From: Minisyncoccota bacterium
GTDB taxonomy: Bacteria; Patescibacteriota; Minisyncoccia; JAHIHE01; JAGLIN01
Assembly: GCA_023143145.1 (NCBI GenBank)
Contig: JAGLID010000067.1
Coordinates: forward strand, 1-41,371
Direction: 5' to 3'
Length of the DNA: 41,371 nucleotides
The position numbers and the translations under genes are program-made. Shown here one piece after another: positions 33,407-41,371 of this stretch. The first letter of the stretch is position 1. Every line of letters begins with the position of its first letter. The notes beneath the pieces were generated by a model that saw nothing but the letters and a program-made list of their open reading frames with translations, was not told where the DNA came from and made no database searches.

Positions 33407-34630
33407 ATGTTTGGAATTTTTGAAAGTCATCTTAATATATATTCGTGGTTTCCGAAAATGGAAAAAACCACCTTTGATGTTTCATTGGTGCATTTTTTGT
33501 TGATGTTTGGATATAAACTTTTTTCTTTGTATTATCCTTTATATCTAATTTCAATCGGATTTTCAGTTATGAATATTGGAAGTATCTACTTGCTGACATA
33601 TTCTGTAATTGCAATTTCTTCTCTCGCGATAAATCATTATATTCGCAAATTTAATCCCTCAAAGGTTGCGGCTTTCGGGATTGCGGGTTATGGCGTATTC
33701 GCACTGATGATGCTTTTGAGTCGCAATATTTATGTTTTTTATCTCGCCCAAATCGTACTTGGTTTTTCGGCGGCTGCTTGGCTTGTTTCTCTTAAATTGA
33801 TTTTAATGAAGTCAAAATCAAAAAGCAAGAGTAAAAGCTTTGGTTGGTTCTATTCAATGCCTCATTATGCTTCAGTAGTTGCTCCTCTGATTGGTGGAGC
33901 TGTTATTCTCAAGTTTGGTTTTACAGGAGTTTTTATTTTAAGTTTAGTTATTCAATTTGCCAATGCATTTTATGCTTATAGTAGATTAAGCGGAAATGAA
34001 AATATATCACACAATAATAAAGAATGCAGGAAGGAAGGTCCAAAAAATAATTACAAAAAAATCTATCATGAAACAAAAAAAGATGGTGTGCTGATTTTTT
34101 TGTTAATATCGGTATTTTCAGCATTGATTCTTGGAGGAATCTATCGAGCATTTTTTGTTATATTTTTAGAAAATTTATCTTTTTCACAAAACGATGTTAT
34201 CAAGTTTATTGCTCTTGCTTCAGTTGCTTACCTTCCTCTTTCGGTGATTGTTATCAAGATAATTGAAAAGCTCAAGAATAGGAAAATAATTAGTGGTGGA
34301 ATTATTGCAGAAGGTTTTTTCACAATTATCCTTGGAGCGTTTTCAAGTGTGATGAATTTGTTTGGATTTTTTGTCGTAATGACTGTAGGTTCTCTTGGAG
34401 CCTTGGCGACAGGAAGTGGGAAGAGTGCTTTTCTATCCAGAAGGTTCCAAAAGTGTAAAGAAGAAGCGTCGGTGATTGATACGATTCTAGCAACTCTAGG
34501 TCCTGCTCTTGGTGGTCTTATCGGAGGTGTGGCAATTTCTAGTCTTGGTTTTGAAAAAACATTCCTATTCGCAGGTATAATAGTTTTTATATTGGGAACG
34601 ATTTCATGGTTTATCAAAGTGAAAACTTAA
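33407..34630 (+). CDS. MFS transporter
   Basis: 407 aa with about 12 TM helices in a 6+6 arrangement and a central cytoplasmic loop. There is a KSKSKSKSKS loop after TM4. Confidence 0.7.
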   Translation: MFGIFESHLNIYSWFPKMEKTTFDVSLVHFLLMFGYKLFSLYYPLYLISIGFSVMNIGSIYLLTYSVIAISSLAINHYIRKFNPSKVAAFGIAGYGVFALMMLLSRNIYVFYLAQIVLGFSAAAWLVSLKLILMKSKSKSKSKSFGWFYSMPHYASVVAPLIGGAVILKFGFTGVFILSLVIQFANAFYAYSRLSGNENISHNNKECRKEGPKNNYKKIYHETKKDGVLIFLLISVFSALILGGIYRAFFVIFLENLSFSQNDVIKFIALASVAYLPLSVIVIKIIEKLKNRKIISGGIIAEGFFTIILGAFSSVMNLFGFFVVMTVGSLGALATGSGKSAFLSRRFQKCKEEASVIDTILATLGPALGGLIGGVAISSLGFEKTFLFAGIIVFILGTISWFIKVKT

Positions 34631-34703
34631 TTTTATTTTGCAAATTACGGGAATGTGACATATAATACAATAGCTTTTAGTATTTAATAATTATTGAATT
34701 TTT

Positions 34704-35714
34704 ATGAGTTATATTTTCGTTGTTTTGTTGTTGTCGCTCTCGGCAATATTTTCTGGTTTAACGCTAGGATTTTTTAGTTTAAATAAGGAAGATCTCGAAA
34801 GAAAAGCAGAACTTGGAAATAAAGATGCTCAAAAAGTTTACAGTTTGAGGAAAAGAGGCAATTTACTTCTTTGTACTTTGCTCATTGGGAATGTCGCGGT
34901 GAATTCGGCTTTGGCAATATTTTTGGGAAATATCGCACCTGGGATTGTCGCTGGTATTATTGCGACGGGACTAATTGTGATTTTCGGTGAGATAATTCCT
35001 CAAGCCGTTTTTTCTCGATATGCTTTGACTTTGGGAGCAAGATTGACTTGGCTTGTAAAAATTTTTACATTTATATTATATCCAATTTCATGGCCAATCG
35101 CTTGGGTTTTAGACAAGGGCCTTGGAGAGGAAATAGCTACAATTTATTCAAGGCATGAACTTATCAAGATTATTGAAGACCATGAAGATTCAAATGAAAG
35201 TGATATTGATGTCGATGAAGAATTAATTATAAAGGGGGCTTTGTCATATTCAAATAAAGTGGTTGATGATATTCTCACACCGAGAACAGAAGTATTTTCC
35301 CTTGCTTACGACCAAAAGCTTACTGGAAATATTGTAAAAAATATATTCGAAACTGGACACTCTCGAGTTCCGGTTTACAAGGAAAATCTTGATAATATCG
35401 TCGGAATTTTATATATCAAGGACCTTCTTGCAAAAAATTATAAAGGCAAAAAAGTTGGCAGTATTGCTCGAAAAAATGTAATATTTGTTGATTCTCAGAA
35501 GCCTCTTGATGATTTACTTAATGCGTTTAAGACTTCTCGAAATCATTTATTTGTCGTTGCAGATAAACACGGAGTTATGTCTGGGATTGTAACTATTGAA
35601 GATGTTCTTGAGGAAATCATCGGTTCGGAGATTATTGATGAATATGATCAATTTGAAAATTTGCAAGAAGAGGCAGAAAACAAAATCAAGAAAAAGAAGA
35701 GAAAGAAGCTGTGA
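34704..35714 (+). CDS. CNNM/DUF21 + CBS-pair membrane protein (CorC/TlyC-like) lacking the C-terminal CorC_HlyC domain
   Basis: DUF21 TM region with LLCTLLIGNVAVNS and FGEIIPQA. The CBS pair carries TPRTEVFSL, HSRVPVY, VGILYIKDLL and GIVTIEDVLEEIIGSEIIDEYD. It ends in a short Lys-rich tail. Confidence 0.85.
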   Translation: MSYIFVVLLLSLSAIFSGLTLGFFSLNKEDLERKAELGNKDAQKVYSLRKRGNLLLCTLLIGNVAVNSALAIFLGNIAPGIVAGIIATGLIVIFGEIIPQAVFSRYALTLGARLTWLVKIFTFILYPISWPIAWVLDKGLGEEIATIYSRHELIKIIEDHEDSNESDIDVDEELIIKGALSYSNKVVDDILTPRTEVFSLAYDQKLTGNIVKNIFETGHSRVPVYKENLDNIVGILYIKDLLAKNYKGKKVGSIARKNVIFVDSQKPLDDLLNAFKTSRNHLFVVADKHGVMSGIVTIEDVLEEIIGSEIIDEYDQFENLQEEAENKIKKKKRKKL

Positions 35715-35824
35715 CTTGATTGATTATTGACATATTTAATATTTCGTGTAAGACTGTCGTTAGTTAAGATTTGGAATTAGAATCTTTTATATGAAGATTT
35801 TGTTCTAAAAAAATAGAGGAGGAT

Positions 35825-36274
35825 ATGCCTATGGTCAAAGTAATTAAAGATACAGATGCAGGCCCACTATCAGAAGTGGCTCGAACGATAATGGAGAAAA
35901 GAGCAAGTATGGTTGGGCAGTTAATGGTTGGAGGCTTAACTGCAAGATATTGGATAGGTGTTCATAAAAACTTAGGTCCCATAATTAGAGAAGGGGATCT
36001 CACCGACGCACAGTTCCTTCAAGTTCATTGTATTTTTTCAGTAGGAAACTGGAAAACAGGAAATTTAGATGGAGCTAAAAGGTCAGTGAGAAAAATTCTT
36101 TTGTTTCATCAAAATGAATTAAAAGATTTACATAAGTTCCGGACCTTAGAGGACTTACCTGGGTATATATCATTAAAACAACTGCCCGAATTTCAATCAT
36201 TGAAACTTTATTTTGGGGAGTTGAATGAAAAGTCACGCGTAAGATTAATTGCATGTGGCCGGGTTGACGAATAG
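35825..36274 (+). CDS. hypothetical protein (orphan)
   Basis: 149-aa ORF with a strong GGAGG. The second ATG at 35831 has better SD spacing. A clean terminator follows. No motif recognised. Confidence 0.55.
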   Translation: MPMVKVIKDTDAGPLSEVARTIMEKRASMVGQLMVGGLTARYWIGVHKNLGPIIREGDLTDAQFLQVHCIFSVGNWKTGNLDGAKRSVRKILLFHQNELKDLHKFRTLEDLPGYISLKQLPEFQSLKLYFGELNEKSRVRLIACGRVDE

Positions 36275-36300
36275 AGGGAAATTTTTTCACCCTCTTTTTT
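36273..36300 (+). terminator. intrinsic terminator
   Basis: AGAGGG-(11 nt)-CCCTCT followed by a T-run, overlapping the stop codon. Confidence 0.6.
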
Positions 36301-36461
36301 ATTTTTTCTATTTAGGGTTCGGTTTGGAATTAAGTAGTCCTAAAATTAAACTTTTTGAATTTGTTTTTTGAATAATATTTGAGATTTGCATTTTCATGGG
36401 AATGACAAAAAACGAGTAAGCTCTATAAATATTAATATGTTAAAATATTTTTCCTTTATCC

Positions 36462-36489
36462 TTGATAAATTCTATATCTATGCTATGAT
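36462..36489 (+). promoter_or_regulatory. candidate promoter of hpf-secA
   Basis: TTGATA, a 16-nt spacer, then TATGAT, 30 nt upstream of the hpf ATG. Confidence 0.4.
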
Positions 36490-36518
36490 TATTTTGTAAT
36501 CAATTAAAATAAAAAAAC

Positions 36519-36941
36519 ATGAATATCATCATAAAAGGGACAAATTTAGAGCTTCATGAGGATTTGAAGGCTTATGTTAATGAAAAGATTGGTAGTTTGA
36601 AGAAATTTATTGAAAATGAAAATACGGATGAAGGCACTGTTGTAGCTCGAGTTGAACTTGCTAAAACTACACAACATCATCAGCAGGGTGAGATTTATAT
36701 GGCTGAAGTGAATTTGCAAATGACAAAAAAAATGTTGCGTGTGGTTGTTGAAAGTGATGGTATTTATAAGGCGATTGATGAAGTAAAAGATAAATTGAAA
36801 GTGGCTATCACGGATTATAAGGATGAAAAGAATACTAAAATCAGAAAAGGAGCAAGAATTATCAAGAAGTTAAAAAATATTTCACCGCTTGCTTGGGCGA
36901 AAGGTGAATTCAAAAAGTATAGATCAAGAAAAGAAGAATAA
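36519..36941 (+). CDS. hpf: ribosome hibernation promoting factor / RaiA family (short form with a basic tail)
   Basis: MNIIIKGTNLELHEDLKAYVNEKIGSLKKF ... VELAKTTQHHQQGEIYMAEVNL ... YKAIDEVKDKLKVAI. It sits upstream of secA, as in many bacteria. Confidence 0.8.
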   Translation: MNIIIKGTNLELHEDLKAYVNEKIGSLKKFIENENTDEGTVVARVELAKTTQHHQQGEIYMAEVNLQMTKKMLRVVVESDGIYKAIDEVKDKLKVAITDYKDEKNTKIRKGARIIKKLKNISPLAWAKGEFKKYRSRKEE

Positions 36942-36943
36942 AA

Positions 36944-36972
36944 AAAGCAAAAGAAGTTTTTTTGTTTGCTTT
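36944..36972 (+). terminator. weak hairpin after hpf (possible attenuator or terminator)
   Basis: AAAGCAAA-(13 nt)-TTTGCTTT followed by T-rich sequence. Confidence 0.35.
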
Positions 36973-37011
36973 TAGTTTGAAAATTTACTTAATAACTTAC
37001 TATTAATTTTT

Positions 37012-39663
37012 ATGTCAATTATAAACAAGATATTCGGTGATCCGAACGAAAAGGTTTTGAAGAAAATTTATCCGATTGTTGATGAAATTAACAAGTTAGA
37101 AGGTAAGTTTCAAGAACTGTCTGATGAGCAGCTGAAAAATCAAACGGAAATATTTCGGCAGAGAATGGAAAAGGGAGAAATGGTTGATCAAATTCTGCCA
37201 GAGGCTTTCGCAGTTGTTAGAGAAGCTTCGAAAAGAATACTCAAACAGAGACATTATGATGTGCAGTTGATTGGTGGAATTGTTTTGCATCAAGGAAATA
37301 TATCTGAAATGAAAACAGGAGAAGGAAAAACTTTGGTTTCAACTTTGGCTATTTATCTTAATGCAATTGGCAAAAAGGGTTCACACCTTGTGACTGTGAA
37401 TGATTATCTTTCAAAAAGAGATGCAACTTGGATGGGGCCGATTTATCATTTTTTGGGACTTAGTGTTGGTATTTTGCAACATGATAAGTCTTTTCTTTTT
37501 GACCCAAAAGCTGCACCTGATGAAAATGAAGTAACTGTTGAAATGGAAAATCTGCGTGATATTAGTCGAAAAGAGGCTTATGCTTGTGATATTACTTATG
37601 GAACAAATAATGAGTTTGGATTTGATTATTTGCGGGATAATATGGCAGTGAGCAAAAGTCAGATTGTACAAAGAGAATTAAATTTTGCGGTTGTAGATGA
37701 GGTTGATAGCATCTTGATTGATGAAGCTAGAACTCCGCTTATCATTTCTGCTCCTGACACAGAATCAAATGTCATGTATCAAACCTTTTCTCGTATCGTT
37801 CCACAGTTGAAAGGAGAAAAAGATTATACAGTTGATGAGAAAATGAAAGCAGTCAGTCTAACGGACGAGGGTATCGAAAAAATTGAAAAAATATTAGGTA
37901 TGGATAATATTTATAACGAAGGAGGGATTATGATGGTTCATCATCTCGAGCAAGCCCTGAAGGCTCAAATTTTGTTTAAAAATGACAAGGATTATGTTGT
38001 TAAGGGAGGAGAAGTTGTTATTATTGATGAATTTACAGGAAGACCGATGCCAGGAAGAAGATTTAGTGAGGGACTTCATCAAGCGATTGAGGCTAAGGAA
38101 AATGTTAAAGTTCAAAAAGAAAGCAGAACGCTGGCGACTATAACTTTTCAAAATTATTTTAGATTATATAACAAGCTTTCTGGAATGACTGGAACTGCGG
38201 TCACAAACGCGGAAGAATTTTCTCGAGTCTATGAACTCGATGTTGCATCTGTTCCTCCTAATAAAGTATTCACAAGAATTGATAGAAATGATTTTATTTT
38301 CAAGACGGAGTATGGAAAATTTACGGCTTTGATTCGAGAAATAAAAAAATGTCACGAAATAGGACAGCCTGTTTTAGTCGGAACAATTTCAATTGAAAAA
38401 TCAGAAACTCTAAGTCAAATGCTTGTCAAAGAAGGAATAGAGCATCAGGTTCTTAACGCTAAGTTTCACGAAAAGGAAGCATTGATTATTTCAGGCGCTG
38501 GGCAAAGAGGAGCCGTGACAATTGCAACCAATATGGCAGGAAGAGGGACTGACATTAAGCTTGGTGAAGAAGTCGAAGAGCTGGGAGGACTTTGTGTTTT
38601 GGGAACAGAAAGGCACGAAGCAAGAAGAATTGATAATCAGCTTCGAGGAAGATCTGGAAGACAAGGAGAGCCGGGAAAAACTCAATTTTTTGTGTCAATG
38701 GAGGATCATCTGATGCGTGTTTTTGGATCTGATAAAATGAAAATGGTGATGGATAAATTGGGGATTGAAGAAGATATGCCTATTGAGAATTCTTTTATTT
38801 CCAAGTCTATCGAAAATGCACAAGGCAAGATTGAAGGATATAATTTTGATATCAGAAAGCATGTGCTTGATTATGATGATGTTATGAATCGACAAAGAGA
38901 AGTAATATATAAAAGACGAAGAGAAATTCTTGGTATAATGGAAAATCTTGAAAAGGGTGAAAAGGAAATTAACAAAGATAATTATCCAGAACTTTTGAAA
39001 TTAAAGGAAAAGATTTTAGAGATGTTCGAAAATCAATCGCAATATGTTGTTTCAATTCACAGTGTTGACAATCGAAGTGCTTGGGATGTGAAAGGAATAA
39101 TGGAAGCGGTTCATAAAGCCGTTGCGGTCAATGGAGATTTTGAGAAAAAAATTAAGGACATTATTTTTTCTGATAAACCAGATGAAGAAGCTAGAAGCTT
39201 GCTGACGGATTTAGTTTTTTCAATTTTATCTGATGCTTATAACAAGCGAGAAGAAGAAGTTGGCTTTGAGGCTGCTAGGCAAATCGAAAAAATGGTTTTA
39301 CTTAGAAGTATTGATGTTCTCTGGATGGAGCATCTTGATTCGATGGACAGCCTCAGAGACAGTATTGGTCTTCAAGGTTATGGGCAAAAAGATCCTCTCG
39401 TGGAATATAAGAAAGAAAGTTATCGAATGTTCCAGTCTTTGATTGGTGCAATCGAGGAAAATGTAATTTCTTCGATATTCAAAATCCAAGTTGTCAAAAA
39501 AGTGAAATCTCCGATGGAAAATCAGAATATCAAAACAAGTGGCGGAGGAGAAGAAGAACCTTCTGTTTCTACTCCTGAAATTGTGAAGAAAATAGGTCGC
39601 AATGATCCATGTTCTTGTGGAAGTGGAAAAAAGCATAAAAAGTGTTGTGGTAAAGAAGTGTAG
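37012..39663 (+). CDS. secA: preprotein translocase ATPase SecA
   Basis: MKTGEGKTLV, DEVDSILIDEARTPLIIS, GMTGTA, TNMAGRGTDIKLG, RIDNQLRGRSGRQGEPG and the C-terminal zinc motif CSCGSGKKHKKCCG. Confidence 0.95.
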   Translation: MSIINKIFGDPNEKVLKKIYPIVDEINKLEGKFQELSDEQLKNQTEIFRQRMEKGEMVDQILPEAFAVVREASKRILKQRHYDVQLIGGIVLHQGNISEMKTGEGKTLVSTLAIYLNAIGKKGSHLVTVNDYLSKRDATWMGPIYHFLGLSVGILQHDKSFLFDPKAAPDENEVTVEMENLRDISRKEAYACDITYGTNNEFGFDYLRDNMAVSKSQIVQRELNFAVVDEVDSILIDEARTPLIISAPDTESNVMYQTFSRIVPQLKGEKDYTVDEKMKAVSLTDEGIEKIEKILGMDNIYNEGGIMMVHHLEQALKAQILFKNDKDYVVKGGEVVIIDEFTGRPMPGRRFSEGLHQAIEAKENVKVQKESRTLATITFQNYFRLYNKLSGMTGTAVTNAEEFSRVYELDVASVPPNKVFTRIDRNDFIFKTEYGKFTALIREIKKCHEIGQPVLVGTISIEKSETLSQMLVKEGIEHQVLNAKFHEKEALIISGAGQRGAVTIATNMAGRGTDIKLGEEVEELGGLCVLGTERHEARRIDNQLRGRSGRQGEPGKTQFFVSMEDHLMRVFGSDKMKMVMDKLGIEEDMPIENSFISKSIENAQGKIEGYNFDIRKHVLDYDDVMNRQREVIYKRRREILGIMENLEKGEKEINKDNYPELLKLKEKILEMFENQSQYVVSIHSVDNRSAWDVKGIMEAVHKAVAVNGDFEKKIKDIIFSDKPDEEARSLLTDLVFSILSDAYNKREEEVGFEAARQIEKMVLLRSIDVLWMEHLDSMDSLRDSIGLQGYGQKDPLVEYKKESYRMFQSLIGAIEENVISSIFKIQVVKKVKSPMENQNIKTSGGGEEEPSVSTPEIVKKIGRNDPCSCGSGKKHKKCCGKEV

Positions 39664-39702
39664 TCTTTATTTGTAGAAAGTTTTTATTTTAAATAAAAAA
39701 AT

Positions 39703-40107
39703 ATGGATATAAATAATATCGAATTTATTTGGATTTTGATTACAATAATTACTTCTTTATCATCTGGTATTATCGGTGTAGTAATTTCAATTGTTTATCA
39801 TAAAAAAGCTGAGAAACAGAGATCTAAAAATGAAACTTTAAAAAATCTAGTTGGGTATAGGTTTCATATACAAGGTGAAAAATTTTCAAAAACACTTAAT
39901 GAAATTTTTATTGTATTTCAAGACTCTAAGATTGTAATTGAAAAGCTTAATAAACTTCACGCAGTAATAAATATTAAATCAGACAATAAAGATTTGGTAA
40001 ATGAAGCACTGTTAAATCTTTTTAAAACAATGTGTGAAGATATAGATATTGATTTCAGTAAAAATAATGACTCATTGTTTCTTAAAGCATTTAATATAAA
40101 AGAATAA
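39703..40107 (+). CDS. small N-terminally anchored hypothetical protein
   Basis: 134-aa ORF with one N-terminal TM (FIWILITIITSLSSGIIGVVISIV). No motif recognised. Confidence 0.45.
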   Translation: MDINNIEFIWILITIITSLSSGIIGVVISIVYHKKAEKQRSKNETLKNLVGYRFHIQGEKFSKTLNEIFIVFQDSKIVIEKLNKLHAVINIKSDNKDLVNEALLNLFKTMCEDIDIDFSKNNDSLFLKAFNIKE

Positions 40108-40249
40108 AAATTTTTGCCTTTTAAGTAAGAACAAGGTAGTTGTTTGACATTTGCGGTTTTTTGTTTTAAATTTACTAAGTATAGTTTTAGCGAATGTTTC
40201 TTTGCTCTGTATTTTTAATAACCAGTAAAACTATTTATATTTAAAGCTT

Positions 40250-40271
40250 CCTCAATTTTTCTTAATTGAGG
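40250..40271 (+). promoter_or_regulatory. hairpin in the secD 5' region
   Basis: Perfect 8-bp stem CCTCAATT-tttctt-AATTGAGG, 41 nt upstream of the secD ATG. No clean T-run follows, so its function is unknown. Confidence 0.3.
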
Positions 40272-40311
40272 GGAAATATCTTGTTTTAATTTAATTTTTT
40301 AATATTTCAGT

Positions 40312-41371
40312 ATGTCTAGTAAAAGAAAAACGTTATTGAATATTTTGTTAATCATTGTTCTTGCGGTAGTTACAAGTTATGTAGTTTATCCTGGAAATCA
40401 AGGAATTAATATTCAAAAGTACGGGATTAACTATCAAAATGATTTGAAATTTCATTTGGGCCTTGATTTGCAGGGTGGAACTCATCTTGTTTATCAGTCC
40501 GATCTTTCTCAAATTAAAGAAGAAGACAAGGAAACAGCACTAGAAGGAGTTCGAGATGTGATTGAAAGAAGAGTAAATACTTTTGGAGTCGCAGAGCCAA
40601 TTGTACAAACTTCTCAAAAAGATCGTTTGATTGTTGAATTGGCAGGGATTAGTGATGTGAATCAAGCTATCAAAATGATTGGAGAGACTCCACTTTTAGA
40701 GTTTAAAGAGGAGATGACAGAAGAAGAGAAGACTGCGATGCGAGAACAATTTAAGGATATTGAAATTTCAGAATCAGTTTTGGCACAGTTTTTCTATAAG
40801 AATACAGAACTTGGCGGAAAACAGCTCGAAAGGGCAGACGTTATTTTTGATCAAAACACTAATGAAGCTGAGGTTCAACTTCAATTCAATAGTGAAGGAA
40901 AAGATCTTTTTGGTGAAATTACAAAAAGAAGCGTTGGAAAAAAAGTTGCCATATACTTAGACGATATGCCAATTAGTATTCCAGTAGTCAACGAACCTAT
41001 CACGGATGGAAAGGCTGTTATTTCTGGAAATTTTTCCATAGAAGAGGCCAAGATGCTTGTTCAACGACTTAATGCAGGTGCCCTTCCAGTTCCAATTAGT
41101 TTAATCTCTCAACAGACAGTTGGTGCAAGTTTAGGAAAAGATTCAATTGAAAAAAGTTTAATTGCTGGACTCACTGGTCTTATTCTGTTGATTTTATTTA
41201 TGATAATTTATTATAGGTTGCAAGGAGTTGTTTCTGTTTTTGCCTTGATTTTATATTCTTTGATTGTATTGTCCATCTTCAAGTTTATTCCAATCACTCT
41301 TACTCTTTCAGGTGTTGCTGGTTTTATATTATCAATTGGGATGGCGGTTGATGCTAATGTTTTGATTTTTG
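40312..41371 (+). CDS. secD: protein translocase subunit SecD (3' end beyond the window)
   Basis: Not in the ORF track because no stop codon is reached. My translation from ATG 40312 gives MSSKRKTLLNILLIIVLAVV...GLDLQGGTHLVYQ...RVNTFGVAEPIVQ...ELAGISDVNQAIKMIGETPLLEF...VAIYLDDMPISIPVV...LPVPISLISQQTVGASLGKDSI...SIGMAVDANVLIF. Confidence 0.9.
   Translation, partial: MSSKRKTLLNILLIIVLAVVTSYVVYPGNQGINIQKYGINYQNDLKFHLGLDLQGGTHLVYQSDLSQIKEEDKETALEGVRDVIERRVNTFGVAEPIVQTSQKDRLIVELAGISDVNQAIKMIGETPLLEFKEEMTEEEKTAMREQFKDIEISESVLAQFFYKNTELGGKQLERADVIFDQNTNEAEVQLQFNSEGKDLFGEITKRSVGKKVAIYLDDMPISIPVVNEPITDGKAVISGNFSIEEAKMLVQRLNAGALPVPISLISQQTVGASLGKDSIEKSLIAGLTGLILLILFMIIYYRLQGVVSVFALILYSLIVLSIFKFIPITLTLSGVAGFILSIGMAVDANVLIF

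Noticed and set aside
40760-40960. 66-aa ORF listed in the track.
   Set aside because: It is out of frame inside the clearly recognisable secD coding sequence, which the track omits because it has no stop within the window.
1-41371. Searched by eye for CRISPR repeats, long direct or inverted repeats, IS ends, integrase, transposase or reverse-transcriptase genes, rRNA and tRNA genes, and alternative-code signatures.
   Set aside because: None were found. The longest non-coding stretches are about 360, 305 and 245 nt and lack repeat-spacer periodicity. TGA terminates several motif-complete genes (the SpoU-type gene, ilvE, vanZ), which argues against UGA reassignment.

Overview
AT-rich bacterial chromosomal segment read with the standard genetic code: TGA, TAA and TAG all close long, motif-bearing ORFs, so there is no UGA recoding. 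It holds about 45 genes, nearly all on the + strand, with short spacers and many stem-loop/T-run terminators. In order the genes are rmuC, a Nudix hydrolase, a SpoU-type RNA methyltransferase, two HD hydrolases, methyltransferases, a purF-like amidophosphoribosyltransferase, a bacterial Elp3 homologue, ilvE and ridA. Next come an aberrant membrane-anchored Clp/Hsp100 ATPase, a cyclophilin, an amino-acid permease and vanZ. A split, expanded dcw/mur cluster follows (mraY ... murD ... ftsW-murG-murC-murB). After it lie two orphan gene cassettes, an MFS transporter, a CNNM/CBS protein, hpf, secA and the 5' part of secD. secD runs off the window and is missing from the ORF track. Gene content and compactness suggest a small-genome uncultivated bacterium (Patescibacteria/CPR-like), but this is inference only. 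I saw no rRNA, tRNA, CRISPR array, transposase, integrase or reverse transcriptase. The best candidate for an undescribed system is a 3.1-kb insertion between murD and ftsW. It encodes an unlisted 50-aa LysW-type zinc-ribbon (amino-group carrier-like) protein, a small membrane protein, a threonine-synthase-like PLP enzyme and a large ATP-grasp ligase. A second insertion between mraY and murD carries a cytoplasmic D-aminoacylase-family enzyme plus an NlpC/P60 peptidase. The second most unusual object is a Clp/Hsp100-like protein with an N-terminal DnaJ-type zinc finger and transmembrane helices. Its D1 ATPase has lost both Walker motifs, and neither pore loop has the conserved tyrosine. All family calls rest on motifs read by eye, and no database search was run.
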